Shown here piece after piece: positions 50,269-63,595 of a stretch of DNA of 64,000 nt (its first letter is position 1; each line of letters begins with the position of its first letter). This DNA comes from Podarcis muralis (lineage: Eukaryota). The DNA is taken from assembly GCF_964188315.1 (NCBI RefSeq), contig NC_135665.1, positions 40,238,001 through 40,302,000 on the forward strand, in the 5' to 3' direction. Under the pieces are notes generated by a model. The model saw nothing but the letters and a program-made list of their open reading frames with translations. It was not told where the DNA came from and did no database searches. Position numbers and translations under genes: made by a program.

Positions 50269-51006
50269 AAGGTAAAGGTGATGCGGGTGGCACTGTGAGT
50301 AAAACCTCAGCGCCTAGGACTTGCCGATCGCATGGTCGGCGGTTCGAATCCCCGTGGCAGGGTGCGCTCCCTTCGTTCGGTCCCAGCGCCTGCCAACCTA
50401 GCAGTTCGAAAGCACCCCCGGGTGCAAGTAGATAAATAGGGACCGCTTACCAGCGGGAAGGTAAACGGTGTTCCGTGTGCTGCGCTGGCTCGCCAGATGC
50501 AGCTTGTCACGCTGGCCACGTGACCCGGAAGTGTCTGCGGACAGCGCTGGCTCCCGGCCTATAGAGTGAGATGAGCGCACAACCCTAGAGTCTGGCAAGA
50601 CTGGCCCGTACGGGCAGGGGTACCTTTACTTTTACCTTTAAAGGTAAAGGTAAAGGGATCCCTGACCATTAGGTCCAGTCGTGACTGGCTCTGGGGTTGC
50701 GGCGCTCATCTCGCTTTATTGGCCGAGGGAGCTGGCGTTTGTCCACAGACAGCTTCCAGGTCATGTGGCCATCATGACTAAGCTGCTTCTGGAAAACCAG
50801 AGCAGCGCACGGAAACGCCGTTTACCTTCCTGCCGGAGCAGTACCTGCCGGAGCAGTACCTATCTACTTGCACTTTGATGTGCTTTTGAACTGCTAGGTT
50901 AGCAGGAGCAGGGACCGAGCAACGGGAGCTCACCCCGTCACGGGGATTCGAACCGCCGACCTACTGATCGGCAAGTCCTAGGCTCTGTGGTTTAACCCAC
51001 AGCGCC
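50269..51006 (-). mobile_element. Sauria SINE (outer) whose tail is interrupted by another Sauria SINE
   Basis: 11-bp TSD ACATGCAGGTA (50258-68, 51007-17); body at ~50652-51006. Confidence 0.9.
50280..50639 (+). mobile_element. Sauria SINE (inner), inserted in the (AAAGGT)n tail of the outer copy in opposite orientation
   Basis: 12-bp TSD AAAGGTAAAGGT (50268-79, 50640-51); same subfamily as 43581-43930. Confidence 0.92.
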
Positions 51007-53942
51007 ACATGCAGGTACTCCCTGCTAATGACTAATTCTCCTAGACTATTATCACAAACCTATTCAACACTGTTGGGCCAATATTGCAATTTCAAACAGG
51101 CATGCAATGCAGTTTGGGCAATTGTCTCTAACCACATTTTTTCCACTGTGACACAAATCTAAAATCAGATATTAAATCTGTAGAGTTGAACAAAGTTAAC
51201 AATAGAAAAATACAGACTTCTGCATTAAAAATGTAATACTGTCCCATTGTTCTTTTATTGTTTGGCTGTAGTGGGAGGATTTCATTCTATTTCCTACCTT
51301 TATCTCTTCTTCCCCAAGGTAATCCAATAATCCACACTCAAAATCACCGATAAACAGGCCAATTACAAACCCTTATCAACTTCTGGGAAACCTGTCAGAA
51401 TGAGCCTCAAGCAAAAAGAAGCTTAACAATTCCTATTAAGTTGTATGCATTTGGAGTCTTCTGTTCAGCACCTCATCTGATGGTATCAGCTGCTTTCCAT
51501 CCAACACATAATGAGGTTTATGATCATTATGTGGAAAACCTGCAACAGCCTGATTTTTCTATGTGTGAAAACTGATTGAGATAATAGAATAAAATGGTCT
51601 CATGCAAAATTTTCACAGATTATGGTTTGCCATATTTCATTAAAATGAGATTCAGTAAAAGATAAATAAATCTGATAATATGTTGAAACCAAAAAAAACA
51701 AAAAACACTGGTACAATTCTATTCCAAAACCCTCTACCATATTTGTTAAGTAAACTGTACTATTCCCACAATAGTTTTTACCCAGATGCACAGAAGGGCT
51801 TCCAACATATAAAAGTAAACTCATTGCAAGGATAGTATCAAAGTTACGTCTTCAGTTAATAAATGTGATGTTACAATGTTCCAAAGCCATAATATTGAAA
51901 AGGATTTCCTTGTCAGAGATTATTTTGTTCCCACACTCATAACATTCAACTTCAAATGTTAATTACAGCAACAGCTTGGTTCTGCTTCTATTTCTGAAAA
52001 GTACATGCAGTTCTCAACCTTTTTAGTCCAATGCAAGATATGTGGCACTTAAAGCAAAAACAAAAAATATGAAGACTACATGTTCTCATCATTAATACAA
52101 TAAATAGTGGGTAAACTTGTCTGTTTCAAAACAAAAATAGACAACTATTAATGGTGGTCCTCAACTTGTGCCAATTTTTTTTAAAGAGAACATACCCATC
52201 TTAACTTGAGAAATTATGTATAATGCACAAGGAGGCAAGATACATCAGAGCTAAGCTGACAAGCAATTTTAGTTTTGTTTTCACTTGCATTTTCTGACCT
52301 CCAGTTTTCTGTGAACACTTTTGACTGCACCTTCAAATATGCCCTCTATTTATATGGTAAAAAATTCACCAAAAGCTGGCTTTTAAGGCTCCTGAGAACT
52401 GTATATATTGCTGAAGTTGCCTACATGAGACCAGAGCCAGTTTTGCCATTTAGGCAACAGTCCCCAAGGCAACCGCCCCACGGGTTACCTGGTCTAGCAG
52501 CATGGAAGTGGTGCCAGCATCAGTGCTGATTTTGGCTAAAATTTTGCCAGAAATCATGTGAAATCTTACTGGTGCTGCTTCTCCGCCAGCAGCGAAGGAG
52601 GTAGTGAGGGAGAAGAAGCAGTTCCAGTGGCAGCAAGGCAAGGCGGCACTTCCTGTTTTGCCTCAAGTGGCAGAACGGGACACACTGCCCCTGCACAGGA
52701 CAATTCAAGGAAACACCAAAGCCTTGGGGACAGGAGTGCTCAACGAGCCCTGTGTGTTTTAGAACAAGCTGTCAGAAGTTCCTGAAAAACTGATCTAAAC
52801 CTGAATCCAACATCATTCATATGTTTTAAAACAAGGAAATCATGAAAATACATTGAAGATTTGTGGAATTTCTCAGAAGTCCCTCTTTATATTCTCTAGA
52901 ACCCTTCAAGTCAGCTGCTGGCTGTCATTTTCTTTAAAAACCACCAGTACCTCCTAGGTGGAGCTTGGGGCAGGAAACAGCAGGCATCAGTGGGGGGGGG
53001 AGGTGCTATTCCCCCTCATCACTACATTTGAGGAACTAGGGGAAAAGAAAAATTGCAGCCTCTAGCTTCCCAAAGAAGATTCACTACTGGCTTAAAAACA
53101 GCAGCAAAAATCAAAATCAAAAATAGAGAGACCCATTCAGACCACAGTCATCCATTTTATCCAAGCATTGTACAGAAAAATATACAACTTAAAAGCACAC
53201 AAAGTAACACAGGCCTTAAAAATTAACTGCTTAAAATGTACTTTGACTGCAATTCTATGCACACTTACATGGCATTTAACAAAGTGTGACTTGCTGAACT
53301 TTTTGAACAAAGTGGGACTTACTTCTGAATAAACATGCCTAGACTTGTGCAGTTAGACAAATAAAGTCAAGACACACAAATTTACCCAATGCAATTCTTA
53401 ACCATGAGGTGTCAGTATATTTAACTCATTAATTTTCCAAACCAATACAAATAAATGCTTACAAGGCTCTAACAATCCATACCTTGATTCTTTAAATATT
53501 ATATTAGCTAGCCTCGCTTGGCATTAGTTTAATTTAAGCTACTTTATTTTTGGCATCAATATTAAAGTAAAATTGAATCCATCTATGTACATGTATCTCT
53601 CTCAGCTATTTTTTGAAATTCCAAACATAACGAGTCCAAAGGAACATATCCTATACTTGATTTATTTCTAATGTATTTTTAATTGATAGCCTTATTGATA
53701 CCCAGAATTATTTCATAATGATTTCCTACTATAAACTATTAACCAATACCAGAAGAAACATTCAGTGAAGTACAAGGACATGGTGCATTGGTTTACAATG
53801 TTAGCTTTTTTGTGCACAATCAACTGCCACACTTAACCTTCATTTCACTGGCCACTGAGAGAAGGAAGACATATTGAAAAACTGTCAAGCCCTATGCAGA
53901 GCGCATTGAACAAAATAAAAAGAAGAAATTTCAACTACTTAC

Positions 53943-53974
53943 AAACTTCCCCTTCTTGGAAGGCTCAGTTCCTT
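53943..53974 (-). CDS. MAST4: MAST4 32-bp coding exon (KELSLPRRGS + TT; exon 4 in recalled human numbering)
   Basis: Polypyrimidine tract and acceptor ..TTTGCAG|AAG GAA CTG AGC CTT CCA AGA AGG GGA AGT TT|GTAAGT; peptide identical to the MAST-family KELSLPRRGSF motif. Confidence 0.93.
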
Positions 53975-54122
53975 CTGCAAATGAAGAAAAAGGTAATTAT
54001 AAAATGAATTCTAAGCATACAATAAGAATATTTTTCAATCATTTACCTAAAATGCCACATATGAATGGTTCAGACATCTTATTCTAGACTAAGATTTATG
54101 TTTTTAAAAATACATTAGTTCT

Positions 54123-54632
54123 ACCCACCCTGGAAGAATGGCAGATGAAGGCGATGGACTATATGGAACTGGCAGAAATGACTGGCAGAATCCGAGACCA
54201 GGGAGAAGAGTCGGTGGAAGAAGATTGGAAGAAATTTAAAGACTATCTACAGAAATACTGCAAAATTAATGAATGTTAGAATGATGTTGGAATGATGTTA
54301 AGTGGTTTTAGCAGCAATGTTATAAAGGAGTATGTAAAAATGGATTGTTAACAGGTGAGAATCTAAAGTTATAATATATTAAGATAAAGGATTAGGATAA
54401 AAACAAAGAGGGAAAGGATTTGCTGAAATAACTAACTGAACCGGAATACAAAAAAGGGAGGTGCGAGGAGGTCAGGGAAACAAGTAAATGAAAGATAAGA
54501 CATGGAAAGATTGATTTGTTTTTAATTGTTTTTATTTTTCTGTATTTTGTATTTTGTATTTTCTTTTTTTTCTCTCTCTCTTTTTCCTATTTTTGTAACC
54601 TTTTCTGAAACTTTAATAAATATAATTTAAAA
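54123..54632 (+). mobile_element. L1 LINE 3' end with poly(A)
   Basis: PTLEEWQMKAMDYMELAEMTGRIRDQGEESVEEDWKKFKDYLQKYCKINEC*, 3'UTR, AATAAA at 54615, A-tail; 17-bp TSD AAAAATACATTAGTTCT (54106-22, 54633-49). Confidence 0.9.
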
Positions 54633-57600
54633 AAAAATACATTAGTTCTTTGTGCACTATTTAATATTTCAAAGTTGAAAATTGCCTTAAGTGATTGCCT
54701 CTTATTTTGTTATACAGTATATGAAACTCTAGTACTTAATTCTGCAATCAGAAATCCCACTGAATGCCAAATCTTTGGGGGGAGCAGCAACTGCATAGTT
54801 AACTTGAAAATTCTTGGCATCTAATTACCAGGAAACAGGCAGTTTTCTGTTAATAATAAAATAGAGCCCAGGCAGTTTTCAGTCAGACTCACCTTTATGG
54901 CATGTAAAATGGGTCCTTACAAAACATTATATACTTTATTTAAACCCTTAATGCAGGACTGAAGCCCAACTAAACTGTCCATGGCAGAAAAGTTCTTTCC
55001 ACCCACACAGAAGGCTTTAATCCAGAGGAGGGAAGAAGAGTTGGGGTAATTTTCATCTATTTCCCCCTGCATCTGTTCCACAGTACTCCACAGCGGCTTC
55101 TAACTCTTCAGAGGAGATTTCTGGAGGTTGCAAGGGACTGCAGGGGGGAGGGGTGACTTGGCAAAGTATGATCTCCCCCACCAGCAGGAGCATCACCTGG
55201 ATGGAACGCCAATCCAGGGATGCTCACACTAGCAAAAGCAAAAGGCCAGGATCTAAGACTATATATTTAACACTCACACAATATAAGCTTGCAGCACAGT
55301 GAGAGAAAATGTATAGCTCTTGTTGTTGCTGAAGCCACATTTTAAGTATATTTGCCCATCTTTGTTGAATTTTGAAACCTGAATTCAACATCAGATGTAT
55401 CATTTAAAACAACAGTGTCATTAGGATATTAGGATACATTGGCAATTTGTGGCAGTTCTAAAAAGTAATTTTCCTCACCTTAAAGTTATTATACACAAAC
55501 ACACACCTCATTTGAATTCCAGCACAGCAAATGCTACTTAAACATAAACTAAAATAAAACACGACAGAAAGCGCAAACTAACAATACACTGGTAAAGTTT
55601 CTTTCTAAGTTCTATTTTTAATTCTATTTCTTCATATTTTTCATTTATGCATTATAGTTCAGAATATCAAAAATAAATGCTGAGTTATTGTACGCTTGAA
55701 AGCATTCAATACACTCAAACAGCAACAAATGTCAATTTCCTTCCCTCTTTTCATACTCTACTGTATATAAATGAAGGATTCCCAGTTACCATCTTATAAA
55801 GAATTAATGCCTGAATTTATTTGTTTTCCTGCAAACCACCACCATCCAATTCCTTTTTCTTTTGCATTGCACTATTTAATTTTAAGTGCATGCTGATGGT
55901 CTATGGGTTGTTGCTTTTAACCTAGAAATGTTGGGACTTAATAAACTTTTACCCGTGTTCTGAGAAACACAAGGATTTCCTACAAAGGGATTTTGCACAA
56001 ATGTAACATTTCTTGTGGTGCCACATACTAACGAGGTCTGTTTTGGGGTTAGTCAGAAGAGAATGTTCTCCCCTCTCCTCACCCTGATTTGTTCAGCCTC
56101 ATATTTCTCTTCCACCTCCACTGTCATGCTATTTAACATATGTCCACCAAGGAAAACTCATCTACCCTCAAATCTAAATTGAAACAAGATAACCAGTGAG
56201 GAGAAGCAGGAGAACAAAGGTATATGGATGAGTGTTAGTGTCAAGGGTTTGGGAAGGTGGTCCAGAGAAAGAAACGATTTGGTATGATCCCGAGAGAAAG
56301 AATTAGTTTTGAGCTAGTCCCAATGAAGTTTTAAAGCAGGTTATAGTTAGAATAATGTTTTTCTTAGGCTTCTTCCAAAATTAAGCAAATAAAACAAATT
56401 ATAGGATTTTATCAAACTTTTCATTTCATATTTCAACACACCTATCATTTAGAGGTCTACATCACCAGTGAACACTGAGAGTTCATACAAAGGAACTATT
56501 TACTTCCATATACAATAAAGTTGCCTCTACTTAATCGCTTATTTGTAAATACAATATTAGAAGAAATTTAATATATTATGATGTGTAGCTCTACACCGGG
56601 GTGGGAAAATGTTTCACCCTAGTAGGCCAGATCTTCATCTCATCCCCACCCTATGGGCTGACTTTGACATGATCCACTTGCATCATGATGACATGAATCA
56701 TAGGTGAATAATCCAATTCTGTGCTAAACTATTATTTCCCATCTAAGTATTCATATATTGTTCCCTGTATTATGGCTGAACCAACTGGAGTTTCTTCCTG
56801 TATAGGCATCTTTCACACATGAAGAAGGGAATAACAACCAAGGTGCATAAATTTAAACAAAACTAAACATATATTTTTTCATATTTATTTTTATTATATT
56901 TTAAAAAGTATACCTATTCAGTAAAAGCATATAGTGCTAATAAAGAGGATATGGGAAAGCTGCAAGAATTTTTCACAATTGTTACATTATTTCATCACAG
57001 TTGTACAGTCTAATCTGAGTACGACTTAGTTGAATTAGTTGAATGCCACCCATTATGCCACGGGGGGAGTCAGACCTCAAGTACCTTGATCTGATTAAAT
57101 GTTTATTCAGCACCATAATTAAAAATCAGGTTTATTTATTGTTAAGAAATTCAAAAGGAAGCAACTTTCTGATTGTCACAAAGGCCAGTCATCCAGCACA
57201 GGGCATATATTCCTGTTAGCTACAAAACAGGATTAATGTGTTTCCTCCCAAACTCAATCTGATGGGATAAAATTGTACTTCTGTTCAAAGCACTAGAAAT
57301 ACATTTCACAGTAGGCTCACTGCTAACAATTTTTATGCCTGGCCACACCCAAATTTCCTCTTAGTGTTGCATGACATAATCTTTGGGTAACAAAAGTACA
57401 GAAATGTTACCACAATCTGGCTCTCTGAATGCAACATCATTTTTTATCTTGCTATCCAAGTTTTTCCTCTCATTATATGTAAATAATCTCATGTAATATT
57501 AAGAGGATTTTTAAAAACCTTGATGTAGCTGAGGGAAATATGCATAACTGTTTCAGTAGTTCTTCGCTGCATTAACCATTTAAAAAGCCTTGTTGGCACT

Positions 57601-57781
57601 GAACTGTGGAGTTTGTGCCTGCTTACAATTACAAACTTAGTGAATAGATTGGCAGACCAACCTACTGAAGAGAACTATAGAAATCATGTTGTAATTGTAG
57701 AGCCCTCCTGAAATTTTGAACACTCTCTTATTGATGTAATTTGCTTTTCTGTATTGATTTGAATGTCACTATATACTAGAG

Positions 57782-58491
57782 GGGTGCATGGGGTGTGAGG
57801 GGAGGGGCTCTCCGTCTGGTGTGGGACACATTGTGCTCCTTCTGGGGTTTTTTGTCCACTTTTGGTCTCCACCCTACACTCAGTTCTCACTTGTGGCTCC
57901 TAGAAGCTGTCAGCATGAAACAGTGGCCACACTCTAGGAAACGGTTTTGACTGATAAGATAAACCAAGTGAGGGTAGTTGATGAGTTTCAACCCTTTGTT
58001 GAGTAAGGTACTTCCCCTGTATGCGAAGACAGGCTCTGGTGGATTGAGCAGACGAGACCAATAGTGGGTCAAATAGCTAAGAAGGCAGTTTCTGTGTGTG
58101 CTGTGGAGGGAAGTTAGGGGCAAATGGGGCTAATCAACCTGGCAAGGTAGCCTCTGATCCTAAACCTCGGGTATCTTCAGAAGAAGAAAAGGCTGAGGAG
58201 TAAACCCTACACAAATCCAGAGTGGAGTTTCTAAGATGGTTGGATGGGGTCTTGTATGCCTCAACCTGGCAACTCCTGCAGCCAAGCTGGTGCCAAACAT
58301 TGCTCTGCTTTCCTTTGGACCACGTCAGGGAGGTCAAGAGTGGTGTCTTGTCATCTGCGCAGCCCAGGACCTCCATACACACTGCCCAGGCTTGCGCCCA
58401 AGAGAGGTCACTTCAGTGCTGCTAATGCACTGGTCTGACTTCACCCCCGGAGGCACACTCCCATGTCTCCCAAGACAGATGCCAACAACAG
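57782..58491 (+). mobile_element. Non-autonomous RTE-tailed retroelement (710 bp)
   Basis: 10-bp TSD TATACTAGAG (57772-81, 58492-501); ends in GTCTCCCAAGACAGATGCCAACAACA, matching the RTE tail at ~14030-14060; no RT coding sequence. Confidence 0.75.
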
Positions 58492-58700
58492 TATACTAGA
58501 GATGTTGGAGAATTCCAAGAAATGGAAGCAGAAACTGCCAATGTTCACTTATTCATCCTATGTCTGTAATGGAAATCAACCCAGTAAATATGAGCAGTAT
58601 TCACTTTTGTTGCTGTCTGCAAACAAAACATAAATTAATCCTTCCCCCTCCCCATTTGCATTATTTCCTTTTCATTGAAATGAATGAAATGAAATAACAT

Positions 58701-59191
58701 TTGTTGTTGTTTAGTCATTTAGTCGTGTCCGACTCTTCGTGACCCCATGGACCAGAGCACGCCAGGCACCTCTGTCCTCCACTACTTCCCGCAGTTTGGT
58801 CAGACTCATGCTGGTAACCTCGAAAACACTATCCAACCATCTCGTCCTCTGTCGCCCCCTTCTCCTTGTGCCCTCCATCTTTCCCAGCATCAGTGTCTTC
58901 TCCAGGGAGTCTTCTCTTCTCATGAGGTGGCCAAAGTACTAGAGCCTCAGCTTCACGATCTGTCCTTCCAGTGAGCACTCAGGGCTGATTTCCTTAAGAA
59001 TGGATGCGTTTGATCTTCTTGCAGTCCATGGGACTCTCAAGAGTCTTCTCCAGCACCATAATTCAAAAGCATCAATTCTTCGGCGATCAGCCTTCTTGAT
59101 GGTCCAGCTCTCACTTCCATACATCACTACTGGGAAAACCATGGCTTTAACTATACGGACCTTTGTTGGCAAGGTGACGTCTCTACTTCTC
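58701..59191 (-). mobile_element. BovB LINE, 5'-truncated
   Basis: Nearly identical to the 37011-37561 sense part; 8-bp TSD AATAACAT (58693-700, 59192-99). Confidence 0.95.
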
Positions 59192-59452
59192 AATAACATA
59201 ATGACAACATAATTCACATAAGTTACATAATTACTTTCATAAATTACTTGAGGTGTGTAATTTCACCACAGCAGTCAATGAGACACACAAAATAGTTTTG
59301 GGTGGAAGACAAACTGCACTGTAATGGAAACAGTGCTGCATGTGATTAATATAGGGCAGAATAGGGTAGAACTGTACACATGAAGCATATCAGCATTCAT
59401 TATCGAAAGTTTCTCATTTATTTTTACCAGTTCCACACTATTTTCTTTCCCC

Positions 59453-59456
<4 letters not shown>

Positions 59457-59512
<56 letters not shown>
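59457..59512. repeat. Compound (TG)n(AG)n microsatellite
   Basis: Direct reading. Confidence 0.95.
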
Positions 59513-62325
59513 TCCGCTATATAGAGGGAAATCCTTGAAGTCTGAAAGCCAGGCAGCTTGACAAATGTACACCAAAAGAACAAGCAAAACTCTGAACGGT
59601 ATTAAAAGCACAAGTAGTTTTTTGGTTTTAAACAGCCTTGGACACTCAATACATTCTATAATAAATGAAACCTGTTCAGTGTTCCTTAACATATGACACA
59701 TTTCAGAACATCATGGATATGCACATAATTTCAGTATCCAGCTGCATTTCCAGCTGCAGGAACAAAGACTTTGACCTACAACAGAGTATAGATGAAAAGA
59801 ATATATGCCTAGCCATACCCACAATACAGAAATTCTGTCCATTTGTTTACCCATTACCAGTAAATTACTGTAAATTCAAAATATTGATCTGGACACCTCT
59901 ATATGGAAGCAAAGAGGTGCCATCGACTTTTGTTGTTTGTTGCTGGGTCCTATTCCCTGAAATCAATAAAAGCTACAATGTTCATAAACTGCTAAAGAGA
60001 TGGCTAATGTTGTAGATATGGGGAAGCTTTTAGAATAAATCTACTTTCAGCTTTTGTGGCAGTGTTTTCAAATATTGAAGTAATCCTAATGCATTTTCAC
60101 AGTTACCTAAATATACTCCAGGAAATTTCTCACATGTCACATTTGTGAAATAATTAGGGCTTTATAAAAAGTAAAACAAAAGCTATTCTACTTTCAGGTC
60201 CTTATTCTACCACACACATCACTGTAACAAAAGTAATCTGCTGCTCATAGGCAATCTACAGAACATCATGGCCATGTTTATTTCCCAACAAAGAGCAACA
60301 AGTAGGTGAGAATGTATCTTTTGTGAGAACAACTCTACTGGTAAAAATGTATAGGCTTTCAAGCTCTACAATTCCTCAAACAACTAAAGGAAGAAAAGTT
60401 ACTCTGTACTCAAATTAATGCATGTGTAAACAACCCAGCTTTAAGTAAGGATTTCAGTTTTTCCAGGCAAGTTTACTCAGTTGCAAAGACTTACTTATCC
60501 ACCTGCGACATGTTGAGTTTTTTGTCTCACCTGAGGTGTGTCTGTATGCTTGCCTATGTGTCCAATGAGAAGCAAAAGCCTAGGAGGAGCCTAGGAAAGC
60601 CTCAAAGCCCTAGACCCGGGAAACCAGTCAATCCACAGTAGTGACTGATCTCTAACACACTGGGTTAAAAAAAAATGAAGCAATTAATAATGCAAGTACA
60701 AAACTGCTAAGTATCCAATGCAATTGCTGTGACGAGTCTCTATATATTTTTAATTGTTATAAAGAACCTCAATTGTGTTTGACATTTTTGTATGCTACTA
60801 ATAATAAATTCAATTCAGAATCATGGGTTGAATCCAACACAGTCACTGCAGAAGCAGAACAATTCATGTAAAATAACTTTCTCTCTCTTTTGTCTCCCAT
60901 GTGTGCCGCGCACACACATACACACACACACACCCTGCAAATCTGCTCCAGGGCGTTTGGGGAAAATTCAGAGCAGAATTGGAGGGAGGAGGAGAGAAGA
61001 AGGATTGTTCAATACATACAACTCATGTGTTTGTATTTCACAAAGTGGTCATTATTACAGTGAAGATACATTTACAGCATACTCAGATCCCTGTCAGTGA
61101 CATTTATTTCCAGGTCAGCATGTATAGCAGGGAGGGAGAAGCTTATGGACTCCAGCTCCCATCAGTCCCATTTGCCATGGCCAACAGTGAGGAATGATGG
61201 GAACTATAGTATAAAAGCTACACTTCGCCATCCTTGATGGATCGGACTGCAGCCTTTAGATATCTTCATTTTTAAGCATGAACCATACAGCTATGTTTTT
61301 CAGCCGTGTTGTTTTTTGTTTTTTTTTCATTCTATGTTTAGGCTGAACAAAAAACTTTGGAAACCTTTCTAGCCACGGTAATGAACTAAAGTGGCAGTGC
61401 ACGCATTCTTAAGAGCATTAGAGTTTTCTGGGCCAGGCCAAGGGCTCATGTAGTTCGGCATCCTCCAAGAGCAAACTCCCTTACCTGTGGTTTCTAGCAA
61501 CTGGTATTCATTATTTATTTTTTATTTATTCAGAAGCAAACTGCCTCTGACCATGGAGACAAAGCATAGCCAGCTTCCTCTGTCTCAGGAGAAGGTGGCA
61601 GAAAGCCTTGCTTCACTGTGTACAATAATTAAATGGATAGGGGATCCACAGGTGCAAATTGCCCTCTATATATGCCACCCAATAAAAAAGTCTCATTCTG
61701 CTACATTACTGGGCCAGACCTAGCTGGGCTAATTGGTTTGTCAGGACTGTAGCCAAGATATTGTTCTGTAAATCATTGTCCCATTTTTCAGACATTCTAG
61801 TCAATCACAGTTTTATTAAGAGTAAGCGGTTAGAGTAATTAACTTCTGTGCATGTGCCAAAAAATGGCTGCTGATTTTGAGCATCTAGCATGAGGAATGC
61901 AAATTGCAGAGAGATTAAAATCATCACAAAACCTCATATTATTGATTTGATAATGAGCAGAGGATGCACTTCAGTTCAAGGTAGTTTTTCTCTGAATACC
62001 TTTGGACATGACAAACTGGGAAAATTCATTTTCCTACTTGTTATTTTTGAGCTTTTTGTGGTATCACTAATTATACCTTTATCAATTACAGAGGCACAAA
62101 CAAAAGCAAAAACCCTGGAATTGACAAAGGCCAAAGTACAGACTATTGCATTCAATGTGACATACTTGGCACTTCAAAACAAACATTTTCTAGTCTGCTT
62201 TATCCAAAATCAAAATATTGTTCTTGTATTATAACCAAAGAATACTAAAGATAAAAAGGAGGTTGTAGTAACAACAACAACAAAAAAACACTTGTCCCTT
62301 TAACTTGAAACATAAATTAGATATA

Positions 62326-63595
62326 CAAGGGGCGTTCATTAAATATTTCCCCTGACCCACTTCCAGTTATCGTAGGAGGATGAAACTGCACATGTATAAC
62401 GATACATCTCTCCATAGGTAACGTAGTAATTTGTAGCTCTGCACTCCTAACAGTTTCTCTATTACGGGTGCTAACATGGAGTAACGTCTGATAATGGAAC
62501 CAGTTGAATGCAGAGCTGCCATCAAGTTCTTGTACTTGTACTTGTGCACACCACAAGAGATGTTCGATGAGATGAAAGGGACTTATGGGGAGGATGCCCC
62601 ATCGTATGACATAGAAAAGGACTGGTATCGTCAGTTCAGGTGTGGTTGAACTTTGGTGGAATGGCTCCCATTCCTGGGCGACCACACCCCTCCATTGATG
62701 AAGACACCATTCGGAAAGTGGAGGCTGCCATTTTGGAGGATCGCCTCATAACCATTCGCTAACTAGCCGCAGATGTCAAGATCAGTGTGGGCTCTGTAGA
62801 AAAAATAATCTATGACCATTTGCACATGGGAAAGGTGTCCGCATGGTGGGTTCCCCGGCTGCTGACGCCTTTTCAGAAGCAGGAACAAGTCACATGCTCA
62901 CGGGCTCTTTTGGCCATGTGTCACAAAAACCATGAAGACTTCTTCGCCAGACTAATTACTCAGGATGAAACATGGGTCCATCATTATGACCCAGAGACTA
63001 AATCCCAGTCCAAGCAATGGAAGCACTCTGCCTCACCACCTCCAAAGTAGACACATGTCCAACTGTCAGTGGGCAAGGTCATGCTCACGGTCTTTTGGGA
63101 CCAGCCTGGAGTAGTGATGATGGATATCCTGGCAAAGGGTACCACAAGGGTACTGGGACATACTACAGAAATTGTGGAAGGCCATCAAAATCGAGAGGCA
63201 TGGTATGCTAACCAAAGGTGTCCTTCTCCTGCAGGGTAATGTCCTGGTTCACAGCTTGAATGTTGCTCAGAAGGAAGTACAGTCCTGTGACTATGAAATC
63301 CTTCCTCACCCCCCTTATTCTCCAGACCTCGCACCATCAGACTTCCACTTCTTTCCAACCATGAAGTTATTTTTGAAGGGCAAGCTTTTTCCAAACGATG
63401 AATTTCTGAGGTCAAGTCGTGGTTTCTGACACAAAATGCCGACTACTACAGACAAGGTCTCCACAGCTGCATAAAGTGATGGGAGCAGTGTTTGACTCTT
63501 GCTGGTAGCTATGTAGAGCAGGACTAATAACTGTGCCCAGTTTGTCTCAGTCCACGGGAAGTATGTCAGGGGAAATCTTTAATGAATGCTCCTCG
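62326..63595 (+). mobile_element. Near full-length mariner transposon (1270 bp), transposase pseudogenised
   Basis: TA TSD; ~30-bp TIRs CAAGGGGCGTTCATTAAATATTTCCCCTGAC / GTCAGGGGAAATCTTTAATGAATGCTCCTCG; WVPRLL, TQDETWVHHY and HPPYSPDLAPSDFHFF motifs; stops and frameshifts present. Confidence 0.95.

Noticed and set aside
54893-54915. 23-nt segment between a TAAG acceptor and a strong AAG|GTGAGT donor on the minus strand
   Set aside because: Not frame-preserving, peptide not recognised, and no other support.
57782-57990. HDV-like ribozyme at the 5' end of the RTE-tailed element
   Set aside because: Stems are present, but I could not place the P3/L3/P1.1 nested pseudoknot motifs.
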